A DNA stretch of 64,000 nt from the human T2T-CHM13v2.0 reference genome, Homo sapiens: NCBI RefSeq assembly GCF_009914755.1, contig NC_060934.1. One strand, written 5' to 3'. Below, piece after piece: positions 29,321 to 44,860 of this stretch. The notes under the pieces were generated by a model. The model worked only from the letters and a program-made list of their open reading frames with translations. It was not told the origin of the DNA and did no database searches. The first letter of the stretch is position 1. Every line of letters begins with the position of its first letter. The position numbers and the translations under genes were made by a program.

Positions 29321-29714
29321 TAATTAATATTTTAATCTTTATTGCCAACTTTTTTTTACTTTTATTGAAGTTTATTTTGTGGTTCTTTTTATCTAGTGTC
29401 TTAGGTGCTCAGTTCATTTACATTCAATCTTTATTTCTGAAAAAGGCAAGACTTTTAAGCTAAAAACTTTCCTTCATGTATGTGGCTGCATCCCATAGGT
29501 TTTGAGATGGAGTGTTTCAATTTTATTCATTTATAAATACAGTAGTTTGTAATTTCAGTTTTGATAGCCTCTTTAAAAGGGTTTAAAAATACTAAGAAAT
29601 ATTTTCTTTCTGTTACTATTTGATCATTAATATCTAATTGTGTTGCTTTGTGGTCAGGCAAAGTAGATTGTATAAATTTCAGTTGGGGAAATGTACTGAG
29701 TTTTAAAAAATGGC

Positions 29715-30185
29715 TTAGTTATCTATTGTCATAAAACATTACCCCAAAACTTAGTAGTTTAAGACAACAAACATTATCTCACACAGTTTCTGAGGGTGAA
29801 GAATCTAGAAACAGTTTAGTTGGTGGTTCTGGTTCAAGATCTCTCATGATATCTCAACAAGCTGTCAGCAGGACTCAAGCATGGGAAGATTAGCCTGGGC
29901 TGGAGGGCAGCTTCCACGATAATTCACTCACATGGCTGTTAGCAGGGGCCTCAGTTCCTCACCACCTGGCCTCTACCATATGGTAGCTGGCTTCTCCTAG
30001 AAGGAGCCATCAGTGAGAGTGACGCCACACATCCTTTTGTGACCTAGTCTTTTGAGTCTTACACCATCAGGTCATTAGAAGGGAATCGTTAGGTCCAGCC
30101 CATACTCAGTGGGAGGGGACTACACAGGGTGTGATTCCCAGGAGGCAGGGGTCACTAGGGGTCATCTTGGAGGCTGCCTACCACA
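29715..30185 (-). mobile_element. MLT1F-like MaLR LTR
   Basis: ccccaaaacttagtagtttaagacaac..ggggtcatcttggaggctgcctaccaca. Confidence 0.78.
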
Positions 30186-30843
30186 GCCAGGCACATGGTT
30201 GGTTTTTTGGTATTGGTTTGTCTGGTTTAACAAGAATGTTTTGAGCTTGTTATTGGGATATGTTCCATAGAGATCTGTTTGCTCTAACTTTGTAATTACG
30301 TTAAGTCCTCAGAATTCATCTCTCATTTTTGCTTGCTTTGTCAATTGATTTTGGCCTAGGATAAAGTCTATCTTGATGACTGTTCCGTGTCCACTTGAAG
30401 TGAGTGTCGATTAGGCAGCTATTGGGTAGATGGTCTATAAATGTCAGTGAGGTAGTATTGCTAGCCAGTGCTATTCGAGTCTTCTATATCCTTACTGATT
30501 TTCCGTCTACTTTTTCTATTAGTTTCTGAGAAAGGAATGGCAAAATCTCCATGGTTGTGGATTTGTCTGTTTTTCCCTTTAGTTCTGCCAATTTTTGCTG
30601 CATGCATTTTGAAGCTGTATTAGATGTGTCACATTTAGAATTATGTGTTGATGAGCTGACCACTTTATCATTATGGAATGATTCTCATTTCTCAGTAGTA
30701 TTTCTCTTGCCTACTTTGGTTGATTCTTATGCTTAGTGTTTGCAGGGCATATCCATCTTATTTTCTACCTGTCTGCATTTTAAAAATTTAAATTCCATCT
30801 TTAACAGCATAAAATTGGTGCTCTTTTAAATCCAGTCTGATAA

Positions 30844-31155
<312 letters not shown>

Positions 31156-31329
31156 AATCTCTGTCTTTTAATTGTAATGTTTAATATCAGTTGATTTTAG
31201 AGACAGCTATACTAAAATCTCCCACATTGATTGTTGATGTGTCAATTTTACTTTATTTTTATTTTTTTCCTCTAACAGATTTTGCTTTACATATTTCAAA
31301 GCTAAGTAGTTATGTGCTTTATGAGTTAA

Positions 31330-31790
31330 AAACAGCATTTGGCTTTAGGTTACAGAGACCTAAAAAGCAGATACTTAAGTAGGGTAAAGGTTTATTTTTT
31401 CTTTACATAAAAGAAGTCTAAAGCTAGCTGCCAGGCCTGGTATGGTAGCTCCACGAAGCCACCAGGGACCTAGGTTCCTTCTAGCTTTCTACCCCACCAG
31501 CCTTAGGATGTGACTGTCACCCTCATGAACATGAGATGGTTGTCAGAGCTCCACCCACTGTATCACATCATCCTACAGGAAGAAGGGAAAGGGTGAGGGA
31601 TAAAGTCACACATGCTAACCTCATCTAGTAACTTCCATTTAAATGTCACTGCCCCAAACATGACCACTTCAGCCACATGGAGCTCAGGAAATGGATTTTA
31701 ATAGCTGGGCATAAGACTACCCTGAAAAAAACTGGGGTTTGATTTCTAAGGTAGATAAGGGGAATAGATATGGAGTAGGAAATTGTCAAT
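31330..31790 (-). mobile_element. Old MLT1 (J/K-like) LTR
   Basis: ttacagagacc..cagggacctaggttccttctagc..cacttcagc; diverged. Confidence 0.55.
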
Positions 31791-34014
31791 GTTTTCCCCA
31801 GAGGCATAAAGATTCTTAATAGTGTCATTTGTAGGTGGGTTATACCTTTAGCCATAGAACATATCATGCTTTGACTTAATGCTTTTGCTCTGAATTATAT
31901 TTTGCATGATATTAATATTACCATTCCTATTTTTTGTTAGTTTTCCAGATGAGTGTGTTTATAATTACTGTGTTTCAATCTCTCTGTCATTTAAGAACTT
32001 GTGTACTGTCTTATAAACAGTAGAAAGTTAGATTTTGTGGTGTCATAGCTGGAGTGCCTGTCTTTTCGTATGGGACTTTAACCCACTGATATTGTGACTT
32101 CTGATATGTTTGGGCCTCCCGTTCTCTGCTGGCTTTTTTCTCATAGCATCCTTGTCTTATTTTATGAATGCAGTAGGCACTCAGATCTCTCTGAGGATGT
32201 AAATTCGAATTTCTTTTCAGGTGCTCTTCTGCCCGTGGCGGATCTTTGCTGTTCCCGTTTATCTTGGTTCCTTCTCTTTAGCCTGTTGGTTTGCCCTGAA
32301 TGTCTGGAAGTGGTGGTTGGAGCTCTGGGCAGGGCTGATGTTGTGTTTATAGTTTTCTTGTTCTGTTTTCCCAACAGGCCTCTCCTTGAATGTGGGGGGG
32401 CTGATAGCAGGTTCTGTGTAACTTGATGGGGTTCACTAATTATTGTCTGGAGTGCTGCATTTTGGGGTGCCTGGCTGTGAAGTAGAACGGCAGTCCAAAG
32501 ACCCATGATGACCAAAATAAGAAGGTATTTGTGCTGGGGGTAGTGGTTTTGTGATGGAGGTGGGGGTTATTTTCTGGGGGTGGGGGGCAGGGTTTTGGTG
32601 CTTTCCTCCCTTGGACAGAGCTGCCTCTCCTTGCTCCATCAATGTCTTCCGTGCGGGTCCTGAGTACCTCCAAGTCAGCTCTGAGGCTTCAGCTCCTATA
32701 CCTGGAAGCCCTTTGAAGGCAAATAATTCCATTTCTTCAGGGCTGTTTTCAGTTTCCACCCTGAGGCCTAACATTACTGCTATTGTAGGTCAGTCTCTTA
32801 AAGGTGACCCAAATGTATTTCTTAGATTCCCTGTGAGGGGCTCATGGGCATCTCTGGCCCCTTGGGCCTATGCCTATGAGGCTGGCCATGTCCTGTATCT
32901 GCTCCTGCCCCAGAAGCCAGCACACCTCTGGTCTCTCTGGGAAGTTTTTCCTTTCTCTACTCATGTTTCTTGGTCAGTTTGCTTTCATTTGCTTTCTATC
33001 TTCCAATAATTCTTCATACCTTCGGGTTTTCTGATGAATCCCTTCCTATGCTTTTCCCCCCGTATGCTTTTATAGACATATTCTTTTACAAATATGATTT
33101 TTAAAATTTTAAGCAATTTTGGAAGTAAACTTTTAAATATTTTACTTCTGCCAGCTCAATTCCACCTAATCAGCCACTTTACAGATTTTTTGTGTGGTCT
33201 TTCAGTTTTTCTTGCTATAGAGAAAGGGGAGTTTATGCAATATATATTTAATATATTATATAGGAGAGCTACAAATTTTGTATAATTTGTGTCCAGTCAT
33301 TTACAAATTCTAATATTATTACCACAGTTTTTCAAGTGGCTTCTTGGGTTTTCTAAAGACATAACCACAATTCCTACAAATAAGTTTTATTTTTCCTGTT
33401 CAATTGTCATACCTCTTATATGTGTTTTAATAGTTTAGATTGTTTTGTAAAGTGGCAGGGCATCAGTTATAAGTGTAAGGAATTAAGGGGTTATCTCATT
33501 TGGTGGTGTGTGGCTTCTATTCTTTTACTTTAAATTTGAGCAAATTCACACAGAATGTGAACTTTTTCCAGCTTTAGTTTTACTCAGGACGTATTAGCTA
33601 AAACCCACCCTTTCTGTCTGCTAATAAGAGTGACTGTTTGGTTTATCTTCTTTGTTAACAAAACAGAACGAGGCTCTATAAAAATGCTTTCTTATGGGTC
33701 TTGTTGGGACATCAGCTGTTTTAATGCTTGAACTCTTATTCTTAAGGAACAGAATGAATGCTGGGAACACACAAAGCTCCTTTCATGAAAGACTATCAAG
33801 TTTCAAGGGTTGTCCCCCCTCTAGCTGAGTTCTTAGTTTTGTACTTAGTGCTTTATAGCAGTCTGATTATGCTTGGCTGTTAGGTTTGGAAGGAAATGGG
33901 ATAGCTCGAGGTTTTTAATATGACTCTTTGTTAACACCAACACCAACACCACCTTCTGCCAAACAAATGGAATGGCTTTCTAAGTATTACCAGAGAAGTG
34001 AACCGGCTTGAGTA

Positions 34015-34705
34015 GGTTATGGACTAATGGTCTCTCAGCTCCAAATTCATCCTTTTTGCCTGCTCTGTGGAAATGGATCTGGGTCCTTTACATAATTTTC
34101 CACTGATGTTTTGCCAGTAGAGGGTGCTGGTGAGACACTGTAGGAGGAAAGAGTTTGCCTCCTGGATCTGGGTGTGCTTGCTCAGCAGCCTCTTGTAGCA
34201 GGAATGGCTTTCTCCAGCACCACCCAGCTCCTGCCATGCCCACAGCCTCTGCACACTCAGCTCTGGAGTACACAGCAGCCATCAGCTTCCCCAGCATCCT
34301 CTTGGGTGGCTTTGCAGAAGAGTATCTCTGCTTCTGGCAGGGCTTGCAGCCAGTAGCATTCAGCAGCCAGAAACTTCCCCAGCACCCCTGCCTCAGGCAA
34401 GAGTGCCTCTGGTGAGACACCTCCCATAAACGGGTTTCCCCAGCAACTTAGAAGACACCCACCAATGTCTTCCCTGCCATCCAATGAGCCACAGCTGTGC
34501 CTTTTCTAACACAACCGAATCTTAGCTCTAGGAGTAGTGGCTTCTCCTAGAGAAGCTATTCCTTTATTTAAAATTCATTTTACTACATGCTAGCTAGTTC
34601 CTTGTAAATCAAATCTCCTTTTTTAGTTAATACTCTTTATATTAACCTTTTACTGTTCAAATTTCTGTGTGGTTTCTCTCTCCTGGTTATGCTCAGATTG
34701 GTTTG
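34015..34705 (+). mobile_element. ERVL LTR, LTR41-like
   Basis: ctcagctccaaattcatcctttttgcctgctctgtg..gccagtagagggtgctgg..ctgttcaaatttctgtgtggtttctctctcctg. Confidence 0.6.
34112..34130 (+). promoter_or_regulatory. CTCF-like core motif within the LTR
   Basis: tgCCAGTAGAGGGTGCtgg vs CCASYAGRKGGCRS, one CpG-type change. Confidence 0.4.
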
Positions 34706-35074
34706 GAAATTCTCCCAGTTAGACAATTAATCTCTGATCATTGCAATATGGATCCTGGGGAATTTGAAAAGGAAAGAGAAAAATGACAACAGCATGGAAT
34801 GGGAGGAAAACCTAATCAGTGTCTTTATTTCTCAAGGAAGTCACTATTTCTGCTTTCAGGTCATTTATCACAGAATACCAACAGTCACTTTTATTAAATT
34901 GAAATCTGCTACTGAAACCGAAACTGAGGGCCAAAGATGCGTTCCTGAATTCTGCCCTTAGCTCTCAGTTTATCCCCTCTCAGGCTGCCATTATTACTCC
35001 AAAATTTCTGTCTCAAACTCTGATTATTTTCTTAGGCCTCAGACCCATGTCACAAGCCTCTTCTTAGACACTTG

Positions 35075-35290
35075 AAAGTGGAATGCAGAACCGTGGTCTG
35101 GGTTCATGTCTTGATTCTGCCACTCACTCCCTATACGATGCAGGCCTCAGTTCTTCCATCTGTAAAAGGGGAATAATGTATCTGTCTCATGGAGCTTCCA
35201 TGGCAATTTCATGAGTTAATATGCATATATACATGACTTAGAATGTTGTCTCAGTGGTGAGTTCTGAATAAATGTGACTATTTAATTGTT
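35075..35290 (+). mobile_element. MIR
   Basis: gcctcagttcttccatctgtaaaaggggaataat. Confidence 0.75.
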
Positions 35291-35299
35291 GAACATTTT

Positions 35300-35900
35300 T
35301 CTTGGATATTTTACCTTCCATTGAACACATCTAAAATCTGCAATCATCATACTTCCTCCACTTGAATTTGTATTATTTTGATTAATGACCCTAGTCATAG
35401 GGGCCTAAAAATATAGAGTCTGCTTTCTCTCTCTGTTCCCCCATCCAATTAGCCTCTAAGCCAGGACATTCTGTTTTCAGCATCTCTCACATATAACTCC
35501 TTTATTCCCTCCCTCGCCAACCTGGCTTGTGCCTGATCTATTTCAGTAGACTTACACTGGTTGCCCATCTTGTAATTCACCTACCTGCACTTTGCACAAT
35601 GCAGGGGCATTAATCTTTCTAAGTCATGTCATTCCCCTTCTCAGCAAGCTCCACTGTCTTGCAATTGCCTAAAGGAAACCATTCAGATGCTTTAGTTTGG
35701 CATACAAGGTCCTTCATTTTCTGCTTCCAATCTCTAGTTTCCAAATAAGTCCTCTACTCCAGTTAAAAGTTCTGCTTTCCATTTTTCCACACAGGCATTG
35801 TGTTCCCATTTTCTTAAGTGATTTATTCTTTCTCTCCAATCTGGCTGGAAAGTCCTCTCATCACCTCTTCTTCTCAGCTCCCACCTTTTCCTGGTTTTGT
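35300..35900 (+). mobile_element. L2 fragment
   Basis: tcatgtcattccccttctc..tttggcatacaaggtccttcat. Confidence 0.6.
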
Positions 35901-36944
35901 CCACACTGCTATTATATTCAACTGCAGTCTACCGCTCTCTCCTGACTCCCAGAGGAGAAAGACTGTTCATCCAGTATGCTGCATTCCACCGATACATTTT
36001 CCCACAGCTGTCCTATTTTTCCAACAAGTTTCACCAGGGATTCAGCAATGATTTGCAGAAACAATTTTTAAACTTAAAAAAAAAGTCTTCTATAGGCCTC
36101 ACTCATTTTAGTTGTGCCATACAAATTAGATTGAATTAGAACTTTCTTTACACCATATTGAACTAACCATTTGATTGAAATAAATTCTATATTCCCTGGT
36201 AGTTGCTTATTAGTAATTCAATAATTTTATCTGCTATCCTTCAAGCAATAGCACTTGCTGAAATTTTTGGAATAAAATAGAAGAAAATGTGTAATTGGGA
36301 AAACTGCCTCTTTCTATTTTCCCTTATGTGACTTAAGAAAAGTTAGCCAACGTTGGAAACATTTTAGTCTGAGTCAGAATACCTGGGCTCTAAAAAGCAA
36401 AATGTGAGAGTCACTGGTATAGATACAGTTTTTTTTTTTTTTTAAATGAGGGGTTGATAATTCTGGAAAACATTTAAAGCTATGAGGTGAAACAAAACGG
36501 GGATTTTGGCTTATGTCATCAGGGACCTTAAATTCCTAAAACGACGTTAGAAAAATTACATCTAGAGGGCTTTACATTTGTATTTAATAACTTACTTACT
36601 TAAGGAAATTTTATGTCTAGAAGGTTTCCATTGGTAAATATGAAAATCCTGATTTATAAATAAATATGACAAGCAAATTCCAAGGCCTAGCATCTCCAGC
36701 AACATTACCGCAGACAGGAGGAGAGGCACCTGTGTTCCCACTGCCTGTGAATGCATCCCATTTAAAAGCCTGCTTGGTCATTATTTCAGAAGAGAGAAGT
36801 CCTGGGGTAAATCCCATCTCTATCACGTTCTTGAATCTACTGTTAGTCTGACTAACCATGTTGATTTTCACCTTCCTAAAGGGACAGGCAGGCACTTGTG
36901 TTCCCTTATTCCCTTTGGTCACGTAACCTAGCTGATCAAACTCT

Positions 36945-37697
36945 TAGGGGGAGCATGCACATGGGCAACAGCAGAGGCCGTGGGCAGCGCTTTTGGGTTC
37001 CAGCCCCACAGCAGCGTCTAGGGGTGGGTGTCTGTGACTCCTGAAGCCCAAGTGGGCGTGTGTTACAGTGTGCCCTTCTAGCTTTGCCATCTGCAGACAG
37101 CTTGTGTTAATCAGCTCACTAGACCCTCTGCCTGATTGCAAGGGCAGAGGGCCAGTGTGACAGCTTTCTGTATCCTTAGCTCTTGCCCACCGTACTGGAA
37201 AAATCGGATCAAACTGGGCTTGAAGGATGAGTGCAAAGTTTTACTGAGTGGTGGAGGTGGCTCTCAGCGCGATGGATGGGGAGCTGGAAGGTGGCAATGG
37301 AGTGGGAAGGTAGTCTTCCCTTGGAGTCAGGCCACCCAGCGGCTGGACTCTTCTCTGACAAACCCCAGCCAAACTCCCCGCAGTGTCTAGACATCCCTCT
37401 TCTTCTTTCTCTGACACATCGTTCCACTGTTACTGGTCTGCCGGTCTGCCGGTCTGTTCCTGTGCTCCTCTCAATGTTCAGCTGCTTGTGTCTGTGCCTG
37501 CTGAGGTCTTGGGTTTATATGGGCACAGGATGGGGGGTGCATGGCAGGCCAGAGTGGTCTTGGAAAATGCAACATTTGGGCGTGAAAACAGGAGTGCCTG
37601 TTTCACTTATGTCCGTGGGCACAGGCCTGAGGGTGGAGCCCTCACCAGGGACCCCGCCCTTCTCTACCCAGCACTTCCCTGCCCCCCTCCCGTATCA
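36945..37697 (-). mobile_element. ERV1 LTR of the LTR1/LTR27/LTR28/MER52 group, 3'-truncated
   Basis: Terminus cagcacttccctgcccccctcccgtatca; ggaaaatgcaacatttgggc; gagtgcaaagttttactgagtgg. Confidence 0.8.
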
Positions 37698-38190
37698 GTA
37701 ATTTTGAGTAATAAGATAACACCAGACAAATTCTAGATTAAATTGTATTAGATGCATGTAGAGTTTCATAGAGAAGTCTAGATTTGGGTGTTTATTTTGT
37801 AAATCCAAATCAGGTTCCTAATTTCTGTTATAAATGGCTTTGTGTTCAGTTCCAACTATGATGCTGACAGCTGACTTTACAAAGGTTCATAGATCATGTT
37901 GAAATTCAGTCAAAACCAGGGGGCTCCAGTCAAAATCTTGGCAGGTTGCATTTGTTTACTGGACCGAGCCAAGTCTCCTTGGCTCTCTGTGGCAGCTGGA
38001 GCATCTGCCTCAGTGATGAGCCCTTCAACGTCTCCAGAGGAAGAAACCAAAACCAGCAGAGGGAATAGAAAAATGCCAGGCTCTAGTTCAGATTCCTGCA
38101 TATGCAGCTTTTCATCTATTGCCATTGAATTTTATATCTGTAGTTTAGAATTATGAACATATATGAAAGATGTTTAAGAAAGTCTTTCTA

Positions 38191-38499
<309 letters not shown>

Positions 38500-39409
38500 T
38501 CAATGGCCAAGGACAAGACATCTCTAGCAGATATTTGATTTTTCAAGTATGGATATATTAGTCATAATTATAAAATTCAAGCATACAAGTAGTCAAGTTG
38601 GGTTTTGAATTATGACTTAACCTTATGAAATAGATAAAACAAGTCAGATTGCATTGATGAAAACACATACATCACTCATAAAATGCAGTATGGATGCCAG
38701 GACTATTTGATCAATGGCTCCCCTGCAGCAGAGGTTTGGGCTCCAGAACTCTGGTTTTCAGACATTTACATCAGTCAGTTGTGTACAATGAGAAAGTCAT
38801 TACCTCATAGCAACTCATTAATTTCTTCATTTGTCCATTTATTGATGAACTAAGCACTGGAGAGATATGAATAATATGAGGCTCTTGCCCTCAAGAAACT
38901 CTTGTCTAGTGAGGAAGATGGTCTTGGACACAAATCATTAGAGCACAGTGCAATACATGTTGCAATATAGATACACACAAGATCTATTGGAGCATAGAGA
39001 ATGGAGGTGAATCAGAGAAGACTTCCCAGGGGAGGTGATCCTTAAGGAGGTGACGTGAGGTCAGTGGTCAGCTGGAGACTGTGAAATTGATAACTGAGTA
39101 AAAAGCTATGCAGACTCATGGAATGATCTGGGGAGACTATAGAGGTTATTTCTTCATTTACAAATGGGGAAAGTGACCCAAAGATAGGCTGACTTATCCA
39201 AGGTCACACAGCCAATCAGTCTCCAACTTCTACTAAGGCCCTTCTTTCCATATTCTGTGCATAGGAATAAAAAAAAAATAGCACATCTTCCTCTCAGCTG
39301 TGCCACTTCATTATTGGCTTTTTTGTAGAAGGAAAGAATTGATTAGATTTAGTAAGTCAGCATCATGGAGAGAAAAAAAAGCAAGAAAACAAATGAAGTC
39401 TTGGGTTAA

Positions 39410-39878
39410 ATATTACTTTCCTTATTGCTGCTGTAAAAAAAATCACAAATGGGGTTTAAAACAACAAAACCATTCTCTCATGGTTTAGGAGGCCAGAAGT
39501 CTAAAATCAGTGTCACTAGGCTTAAGTCAAGGTATTGGTTACCTCCTAAGACTCTAGAGGAGAATCCTTCCAGCTTCTGGTGGCTCCAGGTGTTCTTTGG
39601 CTTGTGGCCGCATCACTGCAATCTCTGCCTCTGTCTTCACCTCATTTCCCCTCTTCTTTGTGTCTAACCCCCTCTGCCTCTCCCTTATAAGGATACTTGT
39701 GATGGCATTTAGGACCCACCCAAATAATCCAGCATCATCTCTCCACCCCCTACATAATGAGTTCCTTAACTTAATCACGCCTGCAAAGCTGCAAAGACTC
39801 TTTTTCCAAATATGTTAACACAGGTTCTGGGAATCAGGACATGGATGCACCTTTGGGAGCCATTATCAGGCCACTGCA
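39410..39878 (-). mobile_element. MLT1C-like MaLR LTR
   Basis: ggaggccagaagtctaaaatcagtgtc..tataaggatacttgtgatggcatttaggacccac..aggacatggatg. Confidence 0.8.
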
Positions 39879-39894
39879 GTTTGCATAAATAGAG

Positions 39895-40305
39895 ATTAGT
39901 ACTGCAATGGAGGTGACAGTTCTACTCTATTCTCCTCTGGCTGGCACTTCAACTTGAATTATTTCTTCTTTCTGGGGCCCCACATCCTGAGAGGGATAGA
40001 GAGAATTTGGAGCTCATGCAGAGGGGCATAAACAGGATGGTGAAGGGCCGTTTTAGGAAAGGACAATGGACATGTGGGATGCTAGTGTAGAGAAGAAAGG
40101 CCTGAAGGCAGCAGGACAGGGTCTGTGGCTGGAAGTCCTGAAGGCTAATGGGAGACACCTGCAAATGGGACCAGAGGGTGGTCAGGGCTTGACTCCATGG
40201 CTGTCCTGTCATCCACAAAGTGACCTCATGAGGTAGATGCTAAAGGAGGGGAGATTGAAGGAGATGGCCCTAAGGTTCCTCCCAGGCCCTTGTGCCTGAG
40301 ATTTG
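39895..40305 (+). mobile_element. CR1/L3 LINE fragment
   Basis: gaggtgacagttctactctattctc..ttctggggccccacat..caggatggtgaaggg..gagaagaaaggcctg resembles the CR1 ORF2 C-terminal region. Confidence 0.65.
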
Positions 40306-40786
40306 AAGAGATTTTCACCCATCAGGGAGCTTGGCCCCTCACGTTAAACTCAGTGAATGGAGACTGAACACTGGCAACTTGGGGATAGCAAAGGATTTGC
40401 ACCCACTCCTGGGAGAATTATGGAGCCATCACAGTGTTTGGAGGAGAAAAATGACAGGATTCAACATATTTTTCAAGAAAGTCTGTGTGACCATTTAAAT
40501 AAATGTAATCACTGAATAAATGACTGCTGTACAAAAGTATTAACTATATTAGGAAGCTGTATATAAAAACTGTACTTAAAATCACCTGTGGTCAAAAATA
40601 ACTTTTCTAACTCATTGGAGAACTTTTAAAAGACTGCTTTCCTGAGGCCAGAAACAATTTCATATCAAGGGCATATATAGAAAATCAACATTTATTTAAA
40701 ACTATATATAATCATACATGAAAAATATATAACTACATGTAAGCACATATATAAAAATTATAACTATATGTCTGTGTGTATATACA

Positions 40787-41200
40787 CAGGTGACTCTTGA
40801 ACAACACAGGGGTTGGGACATTGACTCCTCTTGCAGTAGAAAATCTACATAAAACTTTTGACACCCCAATAGCCTACTGTTGACTGCTGCCTGGAAACCT
40901 TACTGATAACATAAACAGTTGAATAATATATATTTAGTATGTTATATGTATTATATACTGTACTCCTACAATAACTTAATCTGGAGAAAATAAAATACTT
41001 TTAAGAAAATCAGCGGGAAGAGAAAATATATTTGCTATTCATTAAGTGGAAGTGGATCATCATAAAGGTCTTCATCCTCACTGTCTTCATGTCGGTAGGC
41101 TGAGGAGGAAGAAGAGGAGGGATTGGTCCTCTTATCTCAAAGGTGGCAGAGGCAGAAGAAAATCCATGTATAAGTGGACCCATGCAATTCAAGGGCCAAG
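40787..41200. mobile_element. Tigger2a/MER28-like element
   Basis: caggtgactcttgaacaacac..ttaagtggaagtggatcatcataaaggtcttcatcctc..tataagtggacccatgcaattcaaggg. Confidence 0.82.
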
Positions 41201-41699
41201 TCTACTGTTGTTCCAGAAGATGCTGAATTTAGGGTTTCTGTACTGAAAGCCACATTGCTGTTTGTTTCCATTCATCTATCTTTTTTTTTTCTGAATAGAA
41301 TGATACATTCTCCATATGCCTGGTGCTTGGTAGGTCACTGTGTCCCCTGATACAATGATTTGGAACAACCCCTGTGTTATATTTCAGGCCACACATCTGG
41401 GGGACAATGGAGAAATGAGAGGCTGTAGAACTTGGCTTAGAGAGAGTCTCTAAGTGCCCTGGTCTTGGCTGAGAGGCCAATGTCTTAGCCACAGCTGGCT
41501 GCATATTTATGCCATTGCATGGATTTCAGCTGTGGAGAGGTGAATAATGAGGACCAGCCATGGGTAGAGAGTCTACTAGGTTCACCCAGGTCTCTAGCAT
41601 CATGCCATCCACCAGCACTACTAGATCTGTACAAGAGTCAGCCTAGTTTTGAGAAGGTATAATTCCTGAGTCTCAGGGCCCAACTCATTCACTTGGGGA

Positions 41700-42310
41700 A
41701 TTTTTTAGTGAAGAGTCCTATACCTACGGGTAAGTGCACAAATTCTAAACATACTACTTGGGTTTTCTAGAAGAGACTCACCCTTTCTTGAGCAGCCAGC
41801 TCAAATAAGAGAACATTATCCTCTTCCCAGAGACCCTGGTTCCCTCTAGTCTCTAGTCTCCCATTGTAACCTGTCTCCTGACTTAACAGTGTAGCTTAGA
41901 ACAGTTTCACCCATCTTTGTATACTGTGTAAATAGAACCATGCACTATGCCCTCTTTCCTGTCTGGCTTCTCTTGTCAATGTTATGTTTATGAGATTCAT
42001 TTGTATTGTCACTGTGGTTTGCTCATTTTCACAGCCGGATAGTAATCCGTTGGTGAGCATACCACCACGTATGCATTCTACTACTGATGGAGCGCCCATA
42101 GCAGTCCTTTTCTTCATTCTATTGGTGATGGCTAGGTACTATCCATTCTAGTCTTTAGGTAGCTTCCAGTTTGGGGATATTACAAAAAGTGCTACTGTGA
42201 ACATTCTTGCGGTTGTCTTTTATGAACATCTGTACACGTTTCTGGTGGGTAAATACCTAGGAATAAATTTTCTGCCATACTGTATGACTATGGTCAACTT
42301 TAGTAGATGC
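41700..42310 (-). mobile_element. Old L1 (L1MC/ME-like) 3' end
   Basis: gttatgtttatgagattcat, ttccagtttggggatattacaaaaagtgctactgtgaacattcttg. Confidence 0.65.
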
Positions 42311-43672
42311 TTGGGCATAAAGTTCCTGGGGAGCATTAATGAGATCCTCAGAAACACTAAATATAGAGGCAGTAAAGATTAAAAAATAAACCCGAAGAGC
42401 TAGCTGAATACTTTCCTTCTCTTCTCTTATTGAACAGAACTTTCCGTTCCTTCTGTTAATAATTTCTGCGCACTTACTGTGTGCCAGAGGCTTGACATGC
42501 CATTATCTTGTTCCTAGTCTTCACAATAACTCTGTGTTCCCAGTCTTCACAATAACTTGTTCCTCGTCCTCACAATAATGCTATGAGTTGAGTACTATTT
42601 AAAATCTTCATTTTGCAGATGAGAAACTGAGGTTGCTAATGGTGGAGCTGGATTGAAACTTGGCTCTTGAGTCTTATGTATGCGACATTGCCTCTCATTC
42701 CTTTTACATACTTAAGAAATCCCATGAGTCCAGTTCTCCAAAGAGTCCACGACATATTTGCCAGTAGGTTTCCCTTTTTATATTGCCATTCCAATGGTCT
42801 TATATATGTCCATGTGGAGATTAAGTAAACCTACTCAGGGTAGGTTTATTTTAATTTAGTGATTTATTCAACATATACCAATGAATTAAAATAATTAAAA
42901 CTGTGATGTGAGCCCACCTGGACTTTTCTTTCCAGCCATTGGCCTATTTTTATTTACAACCAGCATCCATTTTTTTGCACTTATACTTTAGAATACTGGG
43001 CATTTAATTATCATGCCAATTTCATTGCTTAGTAGCACATGGATGACAGGAGGCCTTCACCTGATCTCTGAACCTTTGTAAAATTTTGCATTAGGGTATT
43101 TTGAGCTGGGAAGTGAAAAGATAATTATCAATCTAATCGAGTTTATGAGAATAAGTGCAAATATTGCAATGGTGCCTGTTTCATAACCAGGCCATTGAGG
43201 AAATCTCAGGAGTCATGCAAAAGTCATACTTTTCTTGATGCAATTACAGTGGAATTATGCTTTTAGGCTTGTTTTCTATTAAAAGTTTACAAGATTTAAC
43301 AGATTGCAGTATTCTGCAATATCTCATACTGCACAATCATGCCTAGATGTTACTTGCAAATGAAGCATGTAATCAGTGTTTGAAAAGGTAGCTGATTCAT
43401 AGGAGAATCTTAGGATAGTGTAGCCTGGTTCAGGGACTGTCTAGGTATATAGTATAGTTCACTATGGAAATGTCTCCTGCGGAATGCCTTGCTTGGCAGA
43501 TTCAATCCAATTTCCTGGTCAACAAACAGTTGAGGGCCTGCTGTATGCAAGGCTCTGTCCTAGGAACCCTGTTTAGAAGATGAAGAAGAGACAACAACTT
43601 CCCTTCAGGAGCTTACATTCTATTTGGGGAGACACATGTGCAAACAACTAAAGGGAATGTGAGATAAAATAG

Positions 43673-44860
<1,188 letters not shown>

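Noticed and set aside
32555-32595. G-quadruplex-like G-run cluster
   Set aside because: Single motif with a long loop in probable old L1-derived sequence; nothing supports function.
35897-36139. Protein-looking ORF (VYRSLLTPRGERLFIQYAAFHRY...) after a cag
   Set aside because: No recognisable homology, no convincing downstream donor, and it runs into an A-tract.
36842-36856. Palindrome gttagtc-t-gactaac
   Set aside because: 7-bp arms are expected several times by chance in 64 kb.
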